Assembly (NCBI GenBank): GCA_045105835.1 | Contig: JBGCDY010000154.1 | Location: 1-35,080 of the forward strand | Direction of reading: 5' to 3' | DNA from: Chitinophagales bacterium | GTDB lineage: Bacteria > Bacteroidota > Bacteroidia > Chitinophagales > UBA2359 | DNA length: 35,080 bases | Made by a program: the position numbers and the translations under genes | The notes under the pieces: generated by a model | What the model was told of the DNA's origin: nothing | Database searches by the model: none | What the model saw: only the letters and a program-made list of their open reading frames with translations | Shown here: in pieces, positions 24,557 to 34,880 of the stretch | Layout: every line of letters starts with the position of its first letter | Position numbering within the stretch: position 1 is the first letter of the stretch

Positions 24557-24615
24557 TCTGTATTTTTAATTAAAATATTTTGTTAATCGAGTTTGATGAA
24601 GCATAATGTTCAACA

Positions 24616-25965
24616 TTATACGCTCGCTCCAACTGCCTGTCTGCTTCTAACTCGAGCATTTCCTTTCATGAGTCCATCATAATGACGCATCAATAGATGG
24701 CTCTCAATTTGTTGTAGTGTATCCAACATTACCGCAACTAAAATCAGCAACGATGTTCCACCATAAAAATCAGCAAATTGACTATTAATTCCTATCATAT
24801 TTGCGAATGCAGGCATAATAGCTACCAAACCTAAGAACATTGACCCTGGTAATGTAATCCGAGACATGATATTATCAATAAACTCTGAGGTTTTCTTCCC
24901 TGGTTTCACTCCTGGAATATACCCTCCATTCCTCTTCATATCATCAGCCATTTGAGTAGGGTTGATAATAAGTGCTGTATAGAAATACGTGAATAAAACA
25001 ACCATTAAGAAGAAGAAAAAATTATACCAAAATGACAAGTAAAAAGTACCTTGTTGAATACTCTGCATTAATCCAGAATCTGGAAAAAACTGTGCAGCAA
25101 AAGAAGGAATAAACATCAATGCTTGAGCAAAGATAATAGGCATTACACCCGCAGCATTCACTCGTAATGGAATGTATTGACGTGCTCCACCATATTGTTT
25201 ATTACCTACGATTCGTCTTGCATATTGAACAGGAATTCGACGAGTTCCTTGGACTAACAAGATTGTAACGATTATGATTGCAATCCAGAACGCTATTTCA
25301 ACTACGAAGAACACTAAGCCCCCTCCAGTACTTGAAGCCAATTTTGATTGTAATTCTGCTGCAAGACCAAAAGGTAACCTTGCAATAATACCAATCATAA
25401 TCAACAAAGAAATCCCATTTCCAATCCCTTTATCTGTAATTTTCTCTCCTAACCACATACAGAAGACTGTCCCTGCAGTTAAACAAAATACAGTAGAAAT
25501 AACAAACAAACCTCTTGAAATAACAATAGCGTCTTGTCCTGCGATAGAATAAAGGAATGTAACATACCCTACAGCTTGTACACCAGTTACTACTACAGTC
25601 AAATACCTTGTAATCCTTGAGATTTTACTTCTCCCAGCTTCCCCATCTTTCTGCATTTTTTGAAAGTAAGGTACTGCCAACGTAAGCAATTGCATTGCAA
25701 TAGATGCGGAAATATAAGGCATAATCCCAAGTGCAAAAATGGACGCTCTGGTAAAAGAACCTCCAACAAACATATCTAATAATGCAATTAATCCACCTCT
25801 AGACCCTTGGCTTGCAAGTTGATCTAAAGCACCTACGTCTACCCCAGGTATTACAATAAAAGAACCTATCCTGTAAACAAGAATAAGTCCTAAAGTAAAA
25901 AGAATCTTATTCCTAAGTTCTTCTATTTTATAAATATTTTTTATAGTATCAATCAGCTTGTTCAT
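24616..25965 (-). CDS. secY: preprotein translocase subunit SecY
   Basis: 449 aa with 10 transmembrane segments, including ALGIMPYISASI and GGYIPGVKPGK..T..I. Confidence 0.97.
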   Translation of the reverse strand: MNKLIDTIKNIYKIEELRNKILFTLGLILVYRIGSFIVIPGVDVGALDQLASQGSRGGLIALLDMFVGGSFTRASIFALGIMPYISASIAMQLLTLAVPYFQKMQKDGEAGRSKISRITRYLTVVVTGVQAVGYVTFLYSIAGQDAIVISRGLFVISTVFCLTAGTVFCMWLGEKITDKGIGNGISLLIMIGIIARLPFGLAAELQSKLASSTGGGLVFFVVEIAFWIAIIIVTILLVQGTRRIPVQYARRIVGNKQYGGARQYIPLRVNAAGVMPIIFAQALMFIPSFAAQFFPDSGLMQSIQQGTFYLSFWYNFFFFLMVVLFTYFYTALIINPTQMADDMKRNGGYIPGVKPGKKTSEFIDNIMSRITLPGSMFLGLVAIMPAFANMIGINSQFADFYGGTSLLILVAVMLDTLQQIESHLLMRHYDGLMKGNARVRSRQAVGASV

Positions 25966-26049
25966 GAGAATGAGTATTATCGCAGGTAGCTTAATGCTTA
26001 TATCAGCAACCCTCTATAATGTTATTATTAAATTACCAATATCTGCTAA

Positions 26050-26499
26050 TTAGATAATTGAGGCAGTACCACCATTAGCTTCTATAACAGCTTTTGCAGA
26101 TGCACTATAAGCATGAAGTTTCACCTGAAGTACCTTATTAAGAGTTCCATTACCTAAGACCTTAACTTTTTCTGTTTTCTTAACCATTCCTAACTTTCGC
26201 AATGCTTCGAAATCAATAACGGTAAGATCATTCTGGGTTGAGATATACTCTAAGTCAGATAGATTGAGTGGTTTATATACTACCTTATTGATATTATTAA
26301 AACCCCTCTTCGGTACACGCATTTGAAGTGGAGTTTGTCCACCTTCATGATGTCTTTTCCTAGAATAACCAGATCGTGATGCTTGACCTTTGTGCCCTCT
26401 AGTTGAAGTCCCTCCACGGCCTGACCCCTGACCTCTTGCTATTCTTTTTTCTCGATGAATAGCTCCTTTTGCAGGTTTTAAGTTGCTTAAATTGCTCAT
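26050..26499 (-). CDS. rplO: 50S ribosomal protein L15 (uL15)
   Basis: MSNLSNLKPAKGAIHREKRIARGQGSGRGGTSTRGHKGQ... Confidence 0.97.
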   Translation of the reverse strand: MSNLSNLKPAKGAIHREKRIARGQGSGRGGTSTRGHKGQASRSGYSRKRHHEGGQTPLQMRVPKRGFNNINKVVYKPLNLSDLEYISTQNDLTVIDFEALRKLGMVKKTEKVKVLGNGTLNKVLQVKLHAYSASAKAVIEANGGTASII

Positions 26500-26500
26500 T

Positions 26501-26680
26501 TTATAGATGTTCTACTTTTACCAAATGCTTTACCTTTTCAATCATCCCCATTATCTGAGGAGTAGCGTTATGCTCTACTGTTTTGTGCATTTTACGCAAC
26601 CCCAATGCAATCATGGTTGATTTTTGTCTTTGGGGGCAACCTATTACACTTCGCCTCTGTGTTATTTTAACTCTTGCCAT
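26501..26680 (-). CDS. rpmD: 50S ribosomal protein L30 (uL30)
   Basis: Missed by the ORF track (59 aa). The hand translation is MARVKITQRRSVIGCPQRQKSTMIALGLRKMHKTVEHNATPQIMGMIEKVKHLVKVEHL*. Its TAA ends 1 nt before the rplO start. Confidence 0.93.
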   Translation of the reverse strand: MARVKITQRRSVIGCPQRQKSTMIALGLRKMHKTVEHNATPQIMGMIEKVKHLVKVEHL

Positions 26681-26709
26681 TATTCTTGTTTATATAAATG
26701 AATTAAGAC

Positions 26710-27231
26710 CTATCCATTAAAAACTTTATCAAGAGTAATACCTCTTTGCTTCGCAACATCCATAGGACTTCTTAGATTAGATAGTGCATTAATAGTTGCT
26801 TTCACTACATTATGTGGATTCGCAGACCCTATTGATTTTGCAATAACATTCTTGACACCAGCACTCTCTAACACAGCACGCATGGTACCTCCTGCAATTA
26901 TTCCTGTTCCCTTAGCGGCTGGTCTTATCACTACTCTTGCTGCACCATATTTTCCTTTCTGCTCGTGAGGTATCGTACCTTTATGAAGTGGCACTCTGAT
27001 TAAATTCTTATTTGCATCATCGCGACCTTTATCAATTGAGGCTGCTACTTCTCGGGCTTTGCCCAAGCCATTCCCGACAATACCATTTCCATCTCCAACT
27101 ACAACAATAACAGAGAAACTAAAGGTTCGACCACCTTTGGTTACTTTTGCTACCCTATTAATTTCAACTACTTTATGATTTAACTCTATATTTGCAGCTG
27201 TGATTTGCTTGAAGTTTACCTTTGACATCAA
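26710..27231 (-). CDS. rpsE: 30S ribosomal protein S5 (uS5)
   Basis: ...[39 protein letters not shown]... Confidence 0.97.
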   Translation of the reverse strand: MMSKVNFKQITAANIELNHKVVEINRVAKVTKGGRTFSFSVIVVVGDGNGIVGNGLGKAREVAASIDKGRDDANKNLIRVPLHKGTIPHEQKGKYGAARVVIRPAAKGTGIIAGGTMRAVLESAGVKNVIAKSIGSANPHNVVKATINALSNLRSPMDVAKQRGITLDKVFNG

Positions 27232-27239
27232 TAAAAATT

Positions 27240-27587
27240 TTAAAAATTAAGACCTCCTTCTCTAGCACCTTCGGCTAAAGACTTCACTCTACCGTGGTAT
27301 AAATATCCACTTCTATCAAATACAATTGAGCTTACTCCTAAAGCTAAAGCTCTTTCGGCAACTAATTTACCTACTTTTTTTGCGCTATCGGTCTTGTTTG
27401 AAGACTCTGATAATTCTTTAGAAGATGCAGAAACTAATGTATGTCCGCTAGCATCGTCTATCAATTGAGCGTAAATAGATTTATTACTTCTAAAAACAGA
27501 CAATCTAGGTTGTTCTTTTACACCAGAGATTTTCTTTCTAATTTTATATCTAATTCGCTGCCTTCTTGCTACTTTATTAAATGCCAT
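27240..27587 (-). CDS. rplR: 50S ribosomal protein L18 (uL18)
   Basis: ...[19 protein letters not shown]...[26 protein letters not shown]. Confidence 0.97.
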   Translation of the reverse strand: MAFNKVARRQRIRYKIRKKISGVKEQPRLSVFRSNKSIYAQLIDDASGHTLVSASSKELSESSNKTDSAKKVGKLVAERALALGVSSIVFDRSGYLYHGRVKSLAEGAREGGLNF

Positions 27588-27643
27588 TGCTCGTTTAGCT
27601 TAAAATTATTTTAATAAAATGTACCTGAAAAAAAATAGCATGA

Positions 27644-28198
27644 TTATTTACCCGCTGCTTTACCAGCTTTACGTCTAATTTCTTCCCCTACAAATCTAAC
27701 CCCTTTCCCTTTATAAGGCTCAGGCTTTCTAAATGCTCGTATTTTAGCACATACCTGCCCTAAGAGTTGTTTATCATTACTTTCAAGTGTAATAATAGGA
27801 TTCTTCCCTTTTACTGTCTCTGTCACAATTTTTACTTCAAAAGGAACAAAAAAGTAGATAGGGTGAGAATATCCAAGAGCTAATTCTAATAATTGACCTC
27901 TATTAGACGCACGATAACCGACACCAACAAGTTCTAATTGTTTTTTATATCCCTCAAAAACACCAACAACCATATTGTTGAGAAGAGATCTATATAAACC
28001 ATGCATGGCTTTATGCCGTTTTTGGTCAGTAGGTCGTTTAACTTCAACAGTGCCTTCTTCCAACACTATTTCTAAATCTTTATCAATTTTTTGATTTAGC
28101 TCTCCCCTTGGACCTTTTACAGTCACTAAGTTGGCATCATCAACACTAATTTGAACCCCTGCTGGTAACGCTATGGGTAACTTTCCTATTCGAGACAT
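27644..28198 (-). CDS. rplF: 50S ribosomal protein L6 (uL6)
   Basis: MSRIGKLPIALPAGVQISVDD...VKGPRGEL...GVGYRA...PEPYKGKGVRF. Confidence 0.97.
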   Translation of the reverse strand: MSRIGKLPIALPAGVQISVDDANLVTVKGPRGELNQKIDKDLEIVLEEGTVEVKRPTDQKRHKAMHGLYRSLLNNMVVGVFEGYKKQLELVGVGYRASNRGQLLELALGYSHPIYFFVPFEVKIVTETVKGKNPIITLESNDKQLLGQVCAKIRAFRKPEPYKGKGVRFVGEEIRRKAGKAAGK

Positions 28199-28217
28199 GG
28201 CTATTCACCTTTTAATA

Positions 28218-28625
28218 TTAGTAAACCAAACAAAGAATTTCTCCTCCTATGTTCTCTCTTCGAGCTCTCTTATCTGTCATCAAGCCCTTAGAGGTAGAAA
28301 TAATTGCAATACCCAATCCGTTTTTAACTCTTAACATATCAGTAGCACCTGAATACTTTCGTAATCCTGGCTTACTATATCTTATAAGTTTACTGATTGC
28401 AGGTTGTTTTGAAATTGGATCATACTTTAGAGCTATTTTAATAACTCCCTGACCATCAGCGGTATCATCAAATTTATATCTAAAAATATAACCTTGATCA
28501 TAAAGAATCTCAGTAATTCCTTTCTTCAAATTAGAAGCAGGTATCTCTACCACTCGATGACGTGCCATCATAGCATTTCTAATTCGCGTCAAATAATCTC
28601 CAATTGTATCAGTAATTGCTGACAT
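28218..28625 (-). CDS. rpsH: 30S ribosomal protein S8 (uS8)
   Basis: ...DTIGDYLTRIRNA.MARH..VEIPAS.LK..I..IL..QGYI......GLGIAIISTSKGLMTD..AR..N.GGE.LC.V. Confidence 0.97.
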   Translation of the reverse strand: MSAITDTIGDYLTRIRNAMMARHRVVEIPASNLKKGITEILYDQGYIFRYKFDDTADGQGVIKIALKYDPISKQPAISKLIRYSKPGLRKYSGATDMLRVKNGLGIAIISTSKGLMTDKRARRENIGGEILCLVY

Positions 28626-28715
28626 ATACCCAGTTCTTCTATTATAAATAAATACAAAATATACTCTAATCCATTTTCAAAAATTGCTCCGCAAAGGTAA
28701 TAATAATATGCGAGA

Positions 28716-28745
28716 TAAAAAAGAGACGTAGTAATCTACGTCCCT
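28716..28745 (-). terminator. intrinsic-terminator-like hairpin inside the spc operon (rpsN-rpsH spacer)
   Basis: The minus-strand RNA is AGGGACGUAG-AUUA-CUACGUCUCU-UUUUU, a 10-bp stem. One G-U pair is a wobble only on the minus strand and an A-C mismatch on the plus strand. The loop is 4 nt and a U5 tract follows. It sits in an unusually long 170-nt spacer. Confidence 0.5.
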
Positions 28746-28795
28746 AATATGTTTATTTATAACTTTGCTAAAAAGTTAAGCAATTTTTCTAATAG

Positions 28796-29065
28796 CTACC
28801 AACTTGCTTTGGTAACACCAGGAATCTTACCATTAGAAGCTAAATCCCGAAACTTCAATCTTGAAACACCAAAAAGTCTTATGTAAGCTCTTGGTCTTCC
28901 TGTTAATCTACATCTGTTTCTTAGTCTAACAGGTGAAGCATTTTTAGGTAATTTATCTAAACCTTCATAATCCCCTTCTGCCTTCAATTTAGCCCTCTTT
29001 TCAGCGTACTTGTTGACTAACCTCTCTCTTTTTGCTTGACGAGCAACAATTGATTTCTTTGACAT
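28796..29065 (-). CDS. rpsN: 30S ribosomal protein S14 (uS14), long zinc-free form
   Basis: 89 aa: [20 protein letters not shown]...RNRC.LTGRPR.Y.R.FG.SR..FR.LA..G.IPGV.KASW. Confidence 0.97.
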   Translation of the reverse strand: MSKKSIVARQAKRERLVNKYAEKRAKLKAEGDYEGLDKLPKNASPVRLRNRCRLTGRPRAYIRLFGVSRLKFRDLASNGKIPGVTKASW

Positions 29066-29066
29066 A

Positions 29067-29636
29067 TTATTGTTCCATTTTAACTTGATTTTTAAAAGGC
29101 ATTCCGAATTCTTTCAATAATGCAAAAGCCTCTTTATCCGTATTGGCAGATGTCACAAAAGTAATATCCATTCCATTCATACGTGATACTTTATCCAAAT
29201 CAATTTCAGGGAAAATAATTTGTTCAGTAGTCCCCATGGTATAGTTACCTCTACCGTCGAAACTTTTACTATTCACTCCTCTAAAATCTCGCACACGAGG
29301 CAAAGCTACAGATAGTAACCTATCTAAGAATTCCCACATTATTTCACCACGAAGGGTTACTCTCACACCAATAGGCATTTCTTCTCGTAACTTAAAGTTA
29401 GAGATTGCTTTTTTAGCTCGAGTAATTACTGCTTTTTGTCCCGAAATCAGAGTCATTTCTTTGACTGCGGTATCCAACATTTTCTTGTCAGCGGTTGCAG
29501 ATCCCACTCCTTGATTCAAACATATTTTGAGTAATCGAGGTAATTGCATAGGAGATTTATAATTAAATTGCTCCTGCAATTTAGGCACAACTACATCCTT
29601 ATACTTAACTTGCATTCTTGGAATATACTTACTCAT
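29067..29636 (-). CDS. rplE: 50S ribosomal protein L5 (uL5)
   Basis: 189 aa with ...NQGVG...[35 protein letters not shown]...ALPR.RDFRG.... Its ATG overlaps the rplX TAA by 1 nt (TAATG). Confidence 0.97.
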   Translation of the reverse strand: MSKYIPRMQVKYKDVVVPKLQEQFNYKSPMQLPRLLKICLNQGVGSATADKKMLDTAVKEMTLISGQKAVITRAKKAISNFKLREEMPIGVRVTLRGEIMWEFLDRLLSVALPRVRDFRGVNSKSFDGRGNYTMGTTEQIIFPEIDLDKVSRMNGMDITFVTSANTDKEAFALLKEFGMPFKNQVKMEQ

Positions 29637-29992
29637 TAGCTTATTACCTCCCCTGATTTTTTAGAGTAACGAACTATTTTCCCATCCTCTGTTCGGCGGC
29701 CAACTCGTGTAGGGCTACCTGTTTTTGGATCAACTAACATAACGTTAGATATTTGGATAGGAGCTTCTCTTTCAATTAATCCGCCTTCTGGATATTGATT
29801 ATTAGGCTTTGTGTGTCTGGTGATTATATTAACCCCTTCAACAACCGCTCTGCCTGTTTCTGTATCTATTGTTAAAACACGTCCTTCAGTACCTTTATCC
29901 TCTCCTGTTATTACCACTACCGTATCGCCTTTTTTGATTCGGTATTTAGGTTTGAAACGTTTACTTTGTTCCTTTTTATTAGCCATTTTCAA
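29636..29992 (-). CDS. rplX: 50S ribosomal protein L24 (uL24)
   Basis: KOW motif [22 protein letters not shown]. The ORF carries a basic N-terminal extension of about 15 aa ([18 protein letters not shown]), so the exact start is less certain. Confidence 0.93.
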   Translation of the reverse strand: MKMANKKEQSKRFKPKYRIKKGDTVVVITGEDKGTEGRVLTIDTETGRAVVEGVNIITRHTKPNNQYPEGGLIEREAPIQISNVMLVDPKTGSPTRVGRRTEDGKIVRYSKKSGEVIS

Positions 29993-30037
29993 CTCACTTA
30001 AATAATGGTTATGAAACTTTTTTAAATTAGAGAGGTA

Positions 30038-30406
30038 CTATAATACCTCAGGAGCTAGAGAAACAATACGTGTATAGCCTCTATCTCTTAATTCACGAGC
30101 AACAGGTCCAAAGATCCTAGTTCCTCTCGGTTCGCCTGAACCATCAATCAAAACAACAGCATTATCATCAAAAGATATATAAGTACCATCTTTTCGTCTT
30201 ATATGCTTTTTTGTTCTGACTATAACAGCTTTAGATACTGTTCCCTTCTTTACACCTCCTGAAGGCATTGCATCCTTTACGGTAATAACGATGTTATCCC
30301 CGACAGAAGCATAACGTCTTCCTGTACCGCCTAACACACGGATACATAGGACCTCTTTAGCTCCACTATTATCTGCTACTCTAAGTCTACTTTCTTGTTG
30401 AATCAT
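30038..30406 (-). CDS. rplN: 50S ribosomal protein L14 (uL14)
   Basis: [27 protein letters not shown]... 122 aa. Confidence 0.98.
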   Translation of the reverse strand: MIQQESRLRVADNSGAKEVLCIRVLGGTGRRYASVGDNIVITVKDAMPSGGVKKGTVSKAVIVRTKKHIRRKDGTYISFDDNAVVLIDGSGEPRGTRIFGPVARELRDRGYTRIVSLAPEVL

Positions 30407-30416
30407 GACAATTTAA

Positions 30417-30677
30417 TTATTTTGCCCGCTCAATAATTTCTACTAAGCGCCATCTTTTACGCTTACTGAGTGGTCTCGTTTCCATTATCCGTACTACATC
30501 GCCGATGTTACAATCATTTTGTTCATCATGAGCAGTGTATTTCGTACTCTTCTTAATAAATTTACCATAGATAGGATGCTGAACTTTTCGTTCTACACTT
30601 ATAGTGATTGTTTTTTGCATTTTATCACTAAGTACAACACCAACACGTTGCTTTCTAAGATTTCTTTCTTGCGACAT
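30417..30677 (-). CDS. rpsQ: 30S ribosomal protein S17 (uS17)
   Basis: ...[61 protein letters not shown]. Confidence 0.97.
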   Translation of the reverse strand: MSQERNLRKQRVGVVLSDKMQKTITISVERKVQHPIYGKFIKKSTKYTAHDEQNDCNIGDVVRIMETRPLSKRKRWRLVEIIERAK

Positions 30678-30723
30678 TACTTGTAAATAAATTTGATTAA
30701 AAGCTTTGAAATTTACAGCTCTA

Positions 30724-30939
30724 TTACTTACTCGCTCTTGAATCTTCGAGTTCTCTACGTCTCAACTCTGTATTGTATCGAGCGACATCACGGCGAAGAT
30801 TACGTAATACATTAGGATTATCTAATGCTGCAACCGTATGATTGAAACGTAACTTACGCAACTGAGCTTTATCTTCTTCAATCCTATCCCAAAGCTCTTC
30901 AGTTGATAACTCTCTTAAATCTAATTTTTTCTTTGCCAT
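30724..30939 (-). CDS. rpmC: 50S ribosomal protein L29 (uL29)
   Basis: 71 aa with LRELSTEEL...L..LRF......L.NP..LR..RRDVAR, in the canonical position between rplP and rpsQ. Confidence 0.95.
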   Translation of the reverse strand: MAKKKLDLRELSTEELWDRIEEDKAQLRKLRFNHTVAALDNPNVLRNLRRDVARYNTELRRRELEDSRASK

Positions 30940-31041
30940 GGTATATTCAAGGAAACTAAGTTCAGATAACTAAGGATAATCGTAAGATTATTTTGCTACT
31001 AAACTTAAAATATTTATTGATTTTACTTTAAAGATTATGTT

Positions 31042-31461
31042 CTAATCAACATAATCTCTTCTAGTTACAAATTTAGTCCTAATAGGAAGTTTTTGAGCCC
31101 CTAAGCGCATAGCCTCTAAAGCTATGTCTAAAGAGACACCTTCAATTTCAAACATTATGCGACCAGGTTTTACTACAGCAACCCAATGATCTGGAGCACC
31201 TTTACCTTTACCCATTCGCACTTCTAATGGTTTTTTAGTTATAGGCTTATCTGGAAAAATACGTATCCAAACTTTACCTTCCCTTTTCATAAACCTAGTG
31301 ATGGCTACACGGGCAGATTCTATTTGACGATTAGTAATCCAAGTAGCCTCCATAGCTTTTAAGCCAAATGTACCAAATGAAAGCGTACTTCCTCTATGAG
31401 CATTACCCTTTACACGCCCTTTGTGCATCTTTCTAAACTTCGTCCGTTTGGGTTGTAACAT
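31042..31461 (-). CDS. rplP: 50S ribosomal protein L16 (uL16)
   Basis: [31 protein letters not shown]...IT.RQIE.ARVA.TR. Confidence 0.98.
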   Translation of the reverse strand: MLQPKRTKFRKMHKGRVKGNAHRGSTLSFGTFGLKAMEATWITNRQIESARVAITRFMKREGKVWIRIFPDKPITKKPLEVRMGKGKGAPDHWVAVVKPGRIMFEIEGVSLDIALEAMRLGAQKLPIRTKFVTRRDYVD

Positions 31462-31506
31462 GATATTATCTACTTATTAATTATTTATCAAAGACTGGAT
31501 TAGGGT

Positions 31507-32214
31507 TTATCGTTTCCTTTTTGGTCCAGACCCACCACCTCTACGCTTCTTGTCTTTCGGTACAACTGGAGATAAGTCTCTCTTGCCTAAAACCTCACCT
31601 TTGCAAATCCAAACCTTCACACCAATGATGCCATATACAGTTTTAGCCTCCTTCAATGCGTAATCAATATCTGCTCTAAAGGTATGCAAAGGAGTTCTTC
31701 CTTGTTTATTTTCTTCTGTACGAGCCATTTCAGAACCACCAAGTCTTCCAGATACTCTTACCTTTATTCCTTGTGCTTCAGGCTGACGCATAGTAGATGC
31801 GATTGCCATTCTAACTGCTCTTCTATAGTTAATCCTTGCTTCCAACTGCTTTGCAATTGTCTCAGCAACTATATTTGCATCTATTTCGGGTCTTCTAATC
31901 TCAACGATGTTGATTTGAACCTCTTTCTTAGTCAGTTTCTTCAACTCTTCTCTAATTCGATCTACCTCACTTCCACCTTTACCTATTATAATACCAGGTC
32001 GAGAGGTATGTATAGTGATGGTTATACGTTTTAGAGTTCGCTCAATTATGATTCGTGAAATTCCACCTTTCACAATTCTTGCATTAAGGTATTTGCGAAT
32101 CTTCTCATCTTCGATGAGTTTATCTGCAAAATCTGTTGATGTAGCAAACCAATTTGAATCCCAACCTCTGATGAAGCCCAATCTGTTAGCTATTGGATTA
32201 ACTTTTTGACCCAT
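31507..32214 (-). CDS. rpsC: 30S ribosomal protein S3 (uS3)
   Basis: [22 protein letters not shown]..., a KH domain, and a basic C-terminal tail. Confidence 0.98.
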   Translation of the reverse strand: MGQKVNPIANRLGFIRGWDSNWFATSTDFADKLIEDEKIRKYLNARIVKGGISRIIIERTLKRITITIHTSRPGIIIGKGGSEVDRIREELKKLTKKEVQINIVEIRRPEIDANIVAETIAKQLEARINYRRAVRMAIASTMRQPEAQGIKVRVSGRLGGSEMARTEENKQGRTPLHTFRADIDYALKEAKTVYGIIGVKVWICKGEVLGKRDLSPVVPKDKKRRGGGSGPKRKR

Positions 32215-32305
32215 AACTTTTATTTGAAAGAAATATTAAAGGTATTTCTATTTAATAATTTTTATTTACCTAAAGAACTTTAAATGAATTGGTGAAAAAT
32301 GATTG

Positions 32306-32677
32306 CTATTCGCTATCATTGGTTTCCCCTACTCCAATGCGACTATCTACAACGATTGTCACATGATTTGTTCTTTTTCTAATTCGATGCGCTCTGCCAT
32401 AAGGTGCAGGTCTGAATCTCTTCAAAACTCTTCCACCATCTACAAAAACTTCCTTAATATACAATTGGCTCGCTGCTGCATCATGAGAAGCATTCTTTTG
32501 CGTCCAATTTGAAATTGCAGATACTAATAACTTTTCTACAGGTCGGGCAGCATGCTTTTTAGTGTATTTCAACACATTTAATGCTTCTTCTGCATCCAAT
32601 CCTCTTATTAAATCTACCACCAACCGTGCTTTTCTGGCAGAACCAGAATGATTTCTAAGCCTTGCTACCGCTTCCAT
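32306..32677 (-). CDS. rplV: 50S ribosomal protein L22 (uL22)
   Basis: MEAVARLRNHSGSARKARLVVDLIRG....AL..L.......A..V.KLL.SA..N... Confidence 0.96.
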   Translation of the reverse strand: MEAVARLRNHSGSARKARLVVDLIRGLDAEEALNVLKYTKKHAARPVEKLLVSAISNWTQKNASHDAAASQLYIKEVFVDGGRVLKRFRPAPYGRAHRIRKRTNHVTIVVDSRIGVGETNDSE

Positions 32678-32747
32678 TTGCTATACAATTTTACTTTTAC
32701 TGTATTATACGTTTATAGCCAACAGCCAATTAAAAATTCCTCAGTTA

Positions 32748-33011
32748 CTATTTCTTAGAAGAATGTCCTCTAAAATTACGAGTAGGAGCAAACTCTCCAA
32801 GCTTATGACCCACCATATTTTCCGTCACATATACAGGAATAAATTTATTCCCATTATGAACCGCAAAGGTATGTCCCACAAATTCAGGAGTAATCATAGA
32901 AGCTCTTGACCAAGTCTTTACAACTGTTTTCCTACTTTTTTGGTTAAGCGCATCCACTTTACTTTGCAGCTTATGATGTACGTAAGGTCCTTTTTTTAGT
33001 GATCTTGCCAT
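32748..33011 (-). CDS. rpsS: 30S ribosomal protein S19 (uS19)
   Basis: [16 protein letters not shown]......[49 protein letters not shown]. Confidence 0.98.
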   Translation of the reverse strand: MARSLKKGPYVHHKLQSKVDALNQKSRKTVVKTWSRASMITPEFVGHTFAVHNGNKFIPVYVTENMVGHKLGEFAPTRNFRGHSSKK

Positions 33012-33020
33012 AATTACAGA

Positions 33021-33851
33021 CTATTTTCTATTCTTCCTTTTGCTAATGATTAATTTAGAAGAAGGTTTGTTTCTATTTCTTGTTTTTTGACCTTTAGCAT
33101 ACACACCTGTTCTTGAACGTGGGTGTCCACCTGAAGATCTACCTTCTCCACCACCCATTGGGTGATCAACTGGGTTCATTGCTACACCTCTTGTGCGTGG
33201 TCGTCTCCCCATCCATCTCTTTCTACCTGCCTTAGCAATTACCTGTAGATTGTGATCTGAATTGGAAACTGTTCCAATAGTAGCAATACATGTCAGCAAT
33301 ACCATTCTGGTTTCGCCTGAGGGTAATCTAAGAATAGCGTATTTACCATCTTTTGCTGTAAGCTGTGCATAAGTTCCTGCACCTCGAGCCATTTTCCCTC
33401 CTGCACCAGGTGCAAGCTCTATATTGTGAACCAAAGTACCTAATGGAATGTCTCTTAAGAACAAAGCATTTCCTACTTCTGGCTCTATATTCTCTCCTGA
33501 TATAATCTTATCCCCAACACCTACTCCTTGAGGAGCAACGATGTATCTTTTTTCTCCGTCCTCGTATTGAATCAAGGCGATAAAAGCACTTCTGTTAGGA
33601 TCGTATTCTATTGTCTGAACGGTTCCAGATACGTTATACTTATCACGTTTGAAGTCAATAATTCGATATCTTCTCTTATGACCTCCACCTCTATAACGAA
33701 CTGTCATTTTCCCTTGGTTGTTACGTCCTCCAGAACGCTTCCAAGGTGCTAATAGAGATTTCTCTGGCTTGCTTGTGGTTATTTCTTCAAAAGCATTTGA
33801 AATCCTAAATCGCGTACCAGGTGTTATAGGTTTATGTTTTTTAAGTGCCAT
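33021..33851 (-). CDS. rplB: 50S ribosomal protein L2 (uL2)
   Basis: 276 aa with GRNN.G..T.R.RGGGHKR.YR.IDFKR and [18 protein letters not shown]. Confidence 0.98.
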   Translation of the reverse strand: MALKKHKPITPGTRFRISNAFEEITTSKPEKSLLAPWKRSGGRNNQGKMTVRYRGGGHKRRYRIIDFKRDKYNVSGTVQTIEYDPNRSAFIALIQYEDGEKRYIVAPQGVGVGDKIISGENIEPEVGNALFLRDIPLGTLVHNIELAPGAGGKMARGAGTYAQLTAKDGKYAILRLPSGETRMVLLTCIATIGTVSNSDHNLQVIAKAGRKRWMGRRPRTRGVAMNPVDHPMGGGEGRSSGGHPRSRTGVYAKGQKTRNRNKPSSKLIISKRKNRK

Positions 33852-33899
33852 TTTACTATAATATTAGATTTCAGTTATTCCAATTACGCAACTAAATCA

Positions 33900-34196
33900 T
33901 TATACGGCTTCAAAGAAATCAATAGTATCTTCTGCACCTACCGTTACGATAGCTTTTTTATATGAATTAGTCCTTCCTTCCATGATACCTTTTCGAGTAT
34001 ATCGCGTCTTTTGTTTTGCAGGGACAACAATTGTATTCACTGCTAAAACTGTTACACCATACATTTCCTCTACGGCATTTTTAATTTGAATCTTATTAGC
34101 CCCTTTACCTACAAGAAAGCCATACTTATGCAGCTTTTCACTTAGAAGCGACATTTTTTCAGTAACAAGCGGCTGTATTAGTATTTCCCGTGCCAT
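33900..34196 (-). CDS. rplW: 50S ribosomal protein L23 (uL23)
   Basis: 98 aa with I.PLVTEK.......KY.F.V...ANK..IK.AVE..Y.V.V..VNT. Confidence 0.96.
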   Translation of the reverse strand: MAREILIQPLVTEKMSLLSEKLHKYGFLVGKGANKIQIKNAVEEMYGVTVLAVNTIVVPAKQKTRYTRKGIMEGRTNSYKKAIVTVGAEDTIDFFEAV

Positions 34197-34256
34197 TATA
34201 TCCTCAGAAATTAATGATTACAAAATTAACAACATTTATCAATAAAACTTAAACAC

Positions 34257-34868
34257 TTAGAAATTTTTAGCTGCACTTTCACTTATAATAAGTGTCTGAG
34301 CATTCATAATTTTATAAGTATTCAAACCTTCCACAGTCAAAACAGTGGCTTTAGGAATATTTCTTGAAGATAGATAAACGTTTTTATTAGGTTCACTTAG
34401 AACTAGCAAGCTTTTTTGCTCACTACTACTAAGATCTTGAAGCATTTTCAAATACGCTTTTGTTTTTGGCGTATCGAAATTAATATCTTCAATTACCAAT
34501 ATTTTATTTTCTTTGGCCTTATAAGACAAAGCAGATTTTCTTGCCAGAGCTTTTACCTTCTTATTTATTTTTTGATTGTACTCTCTTGGTCTAGGACCAA
34601 AGATTCTACCACCACCTTTAAACAAGGGATTTTTTATGCTACCCGCTCGAGCTGTCCCTGTGCCTTTCTGTCTCTTAATTTTTCGTGTTGACCCAGTGAT
34701 CTCTCCACGTTCTTTAGCCTTATGAGTACCTTGACGTTGTTTTGCCAAGTACTGCTTTACAGCTAAGTAAAGAACATGATCATTTGGTTCAATACCAAAT
34801 ACTTCCTCAGATAATTCTACCTCTCTACCTGTTGGTTGTCCGGCAATATTTAAAACTTCTACTTTCAT
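34257..34868 (-). CDS. rplD: 50S ribosomal protein L4 (uL4)
   Basis: 203 aa with [27 protein letters not shown]...P.F.GGG..FGPRPR.Y. Confidence 0.97.
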   Translation of the reverse strand: MKVEVLNIAGQPTGREVELSEEVFGIEPNDHVLYLAVKQYLAKQRQGTHKAKERGEITGSTRKIKRQKGTGTARAGSIKNPLFKGGGRIFGPRPREYNQKINKKVKALARKSALSYKAKENKILVIEDINFDTPKTKAYLKMLQDLSSSEQKSLLVLSEPNKNVYLSSRNIPKATVLTVEGLNTYKIMNAQTLIISESAAKNF

Positions 34869-34880
34869 GCTTACTTAAAA

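Noticed and set aside
31033-31056. 9-bp AU-rich hairpin (gattatgtt/aacataatc) with the rplP stop codon in its loop, and a 6-bp hairpin at about 30975-30991 in the 102-nt rplP-rpmC spacer
   Set aside because: The stems are short and AT-only, with no adjacent U tract in the transcribed orientation. This is compatible with chance in AT-rich spacer DNA, so it is noted but not called as a feature.
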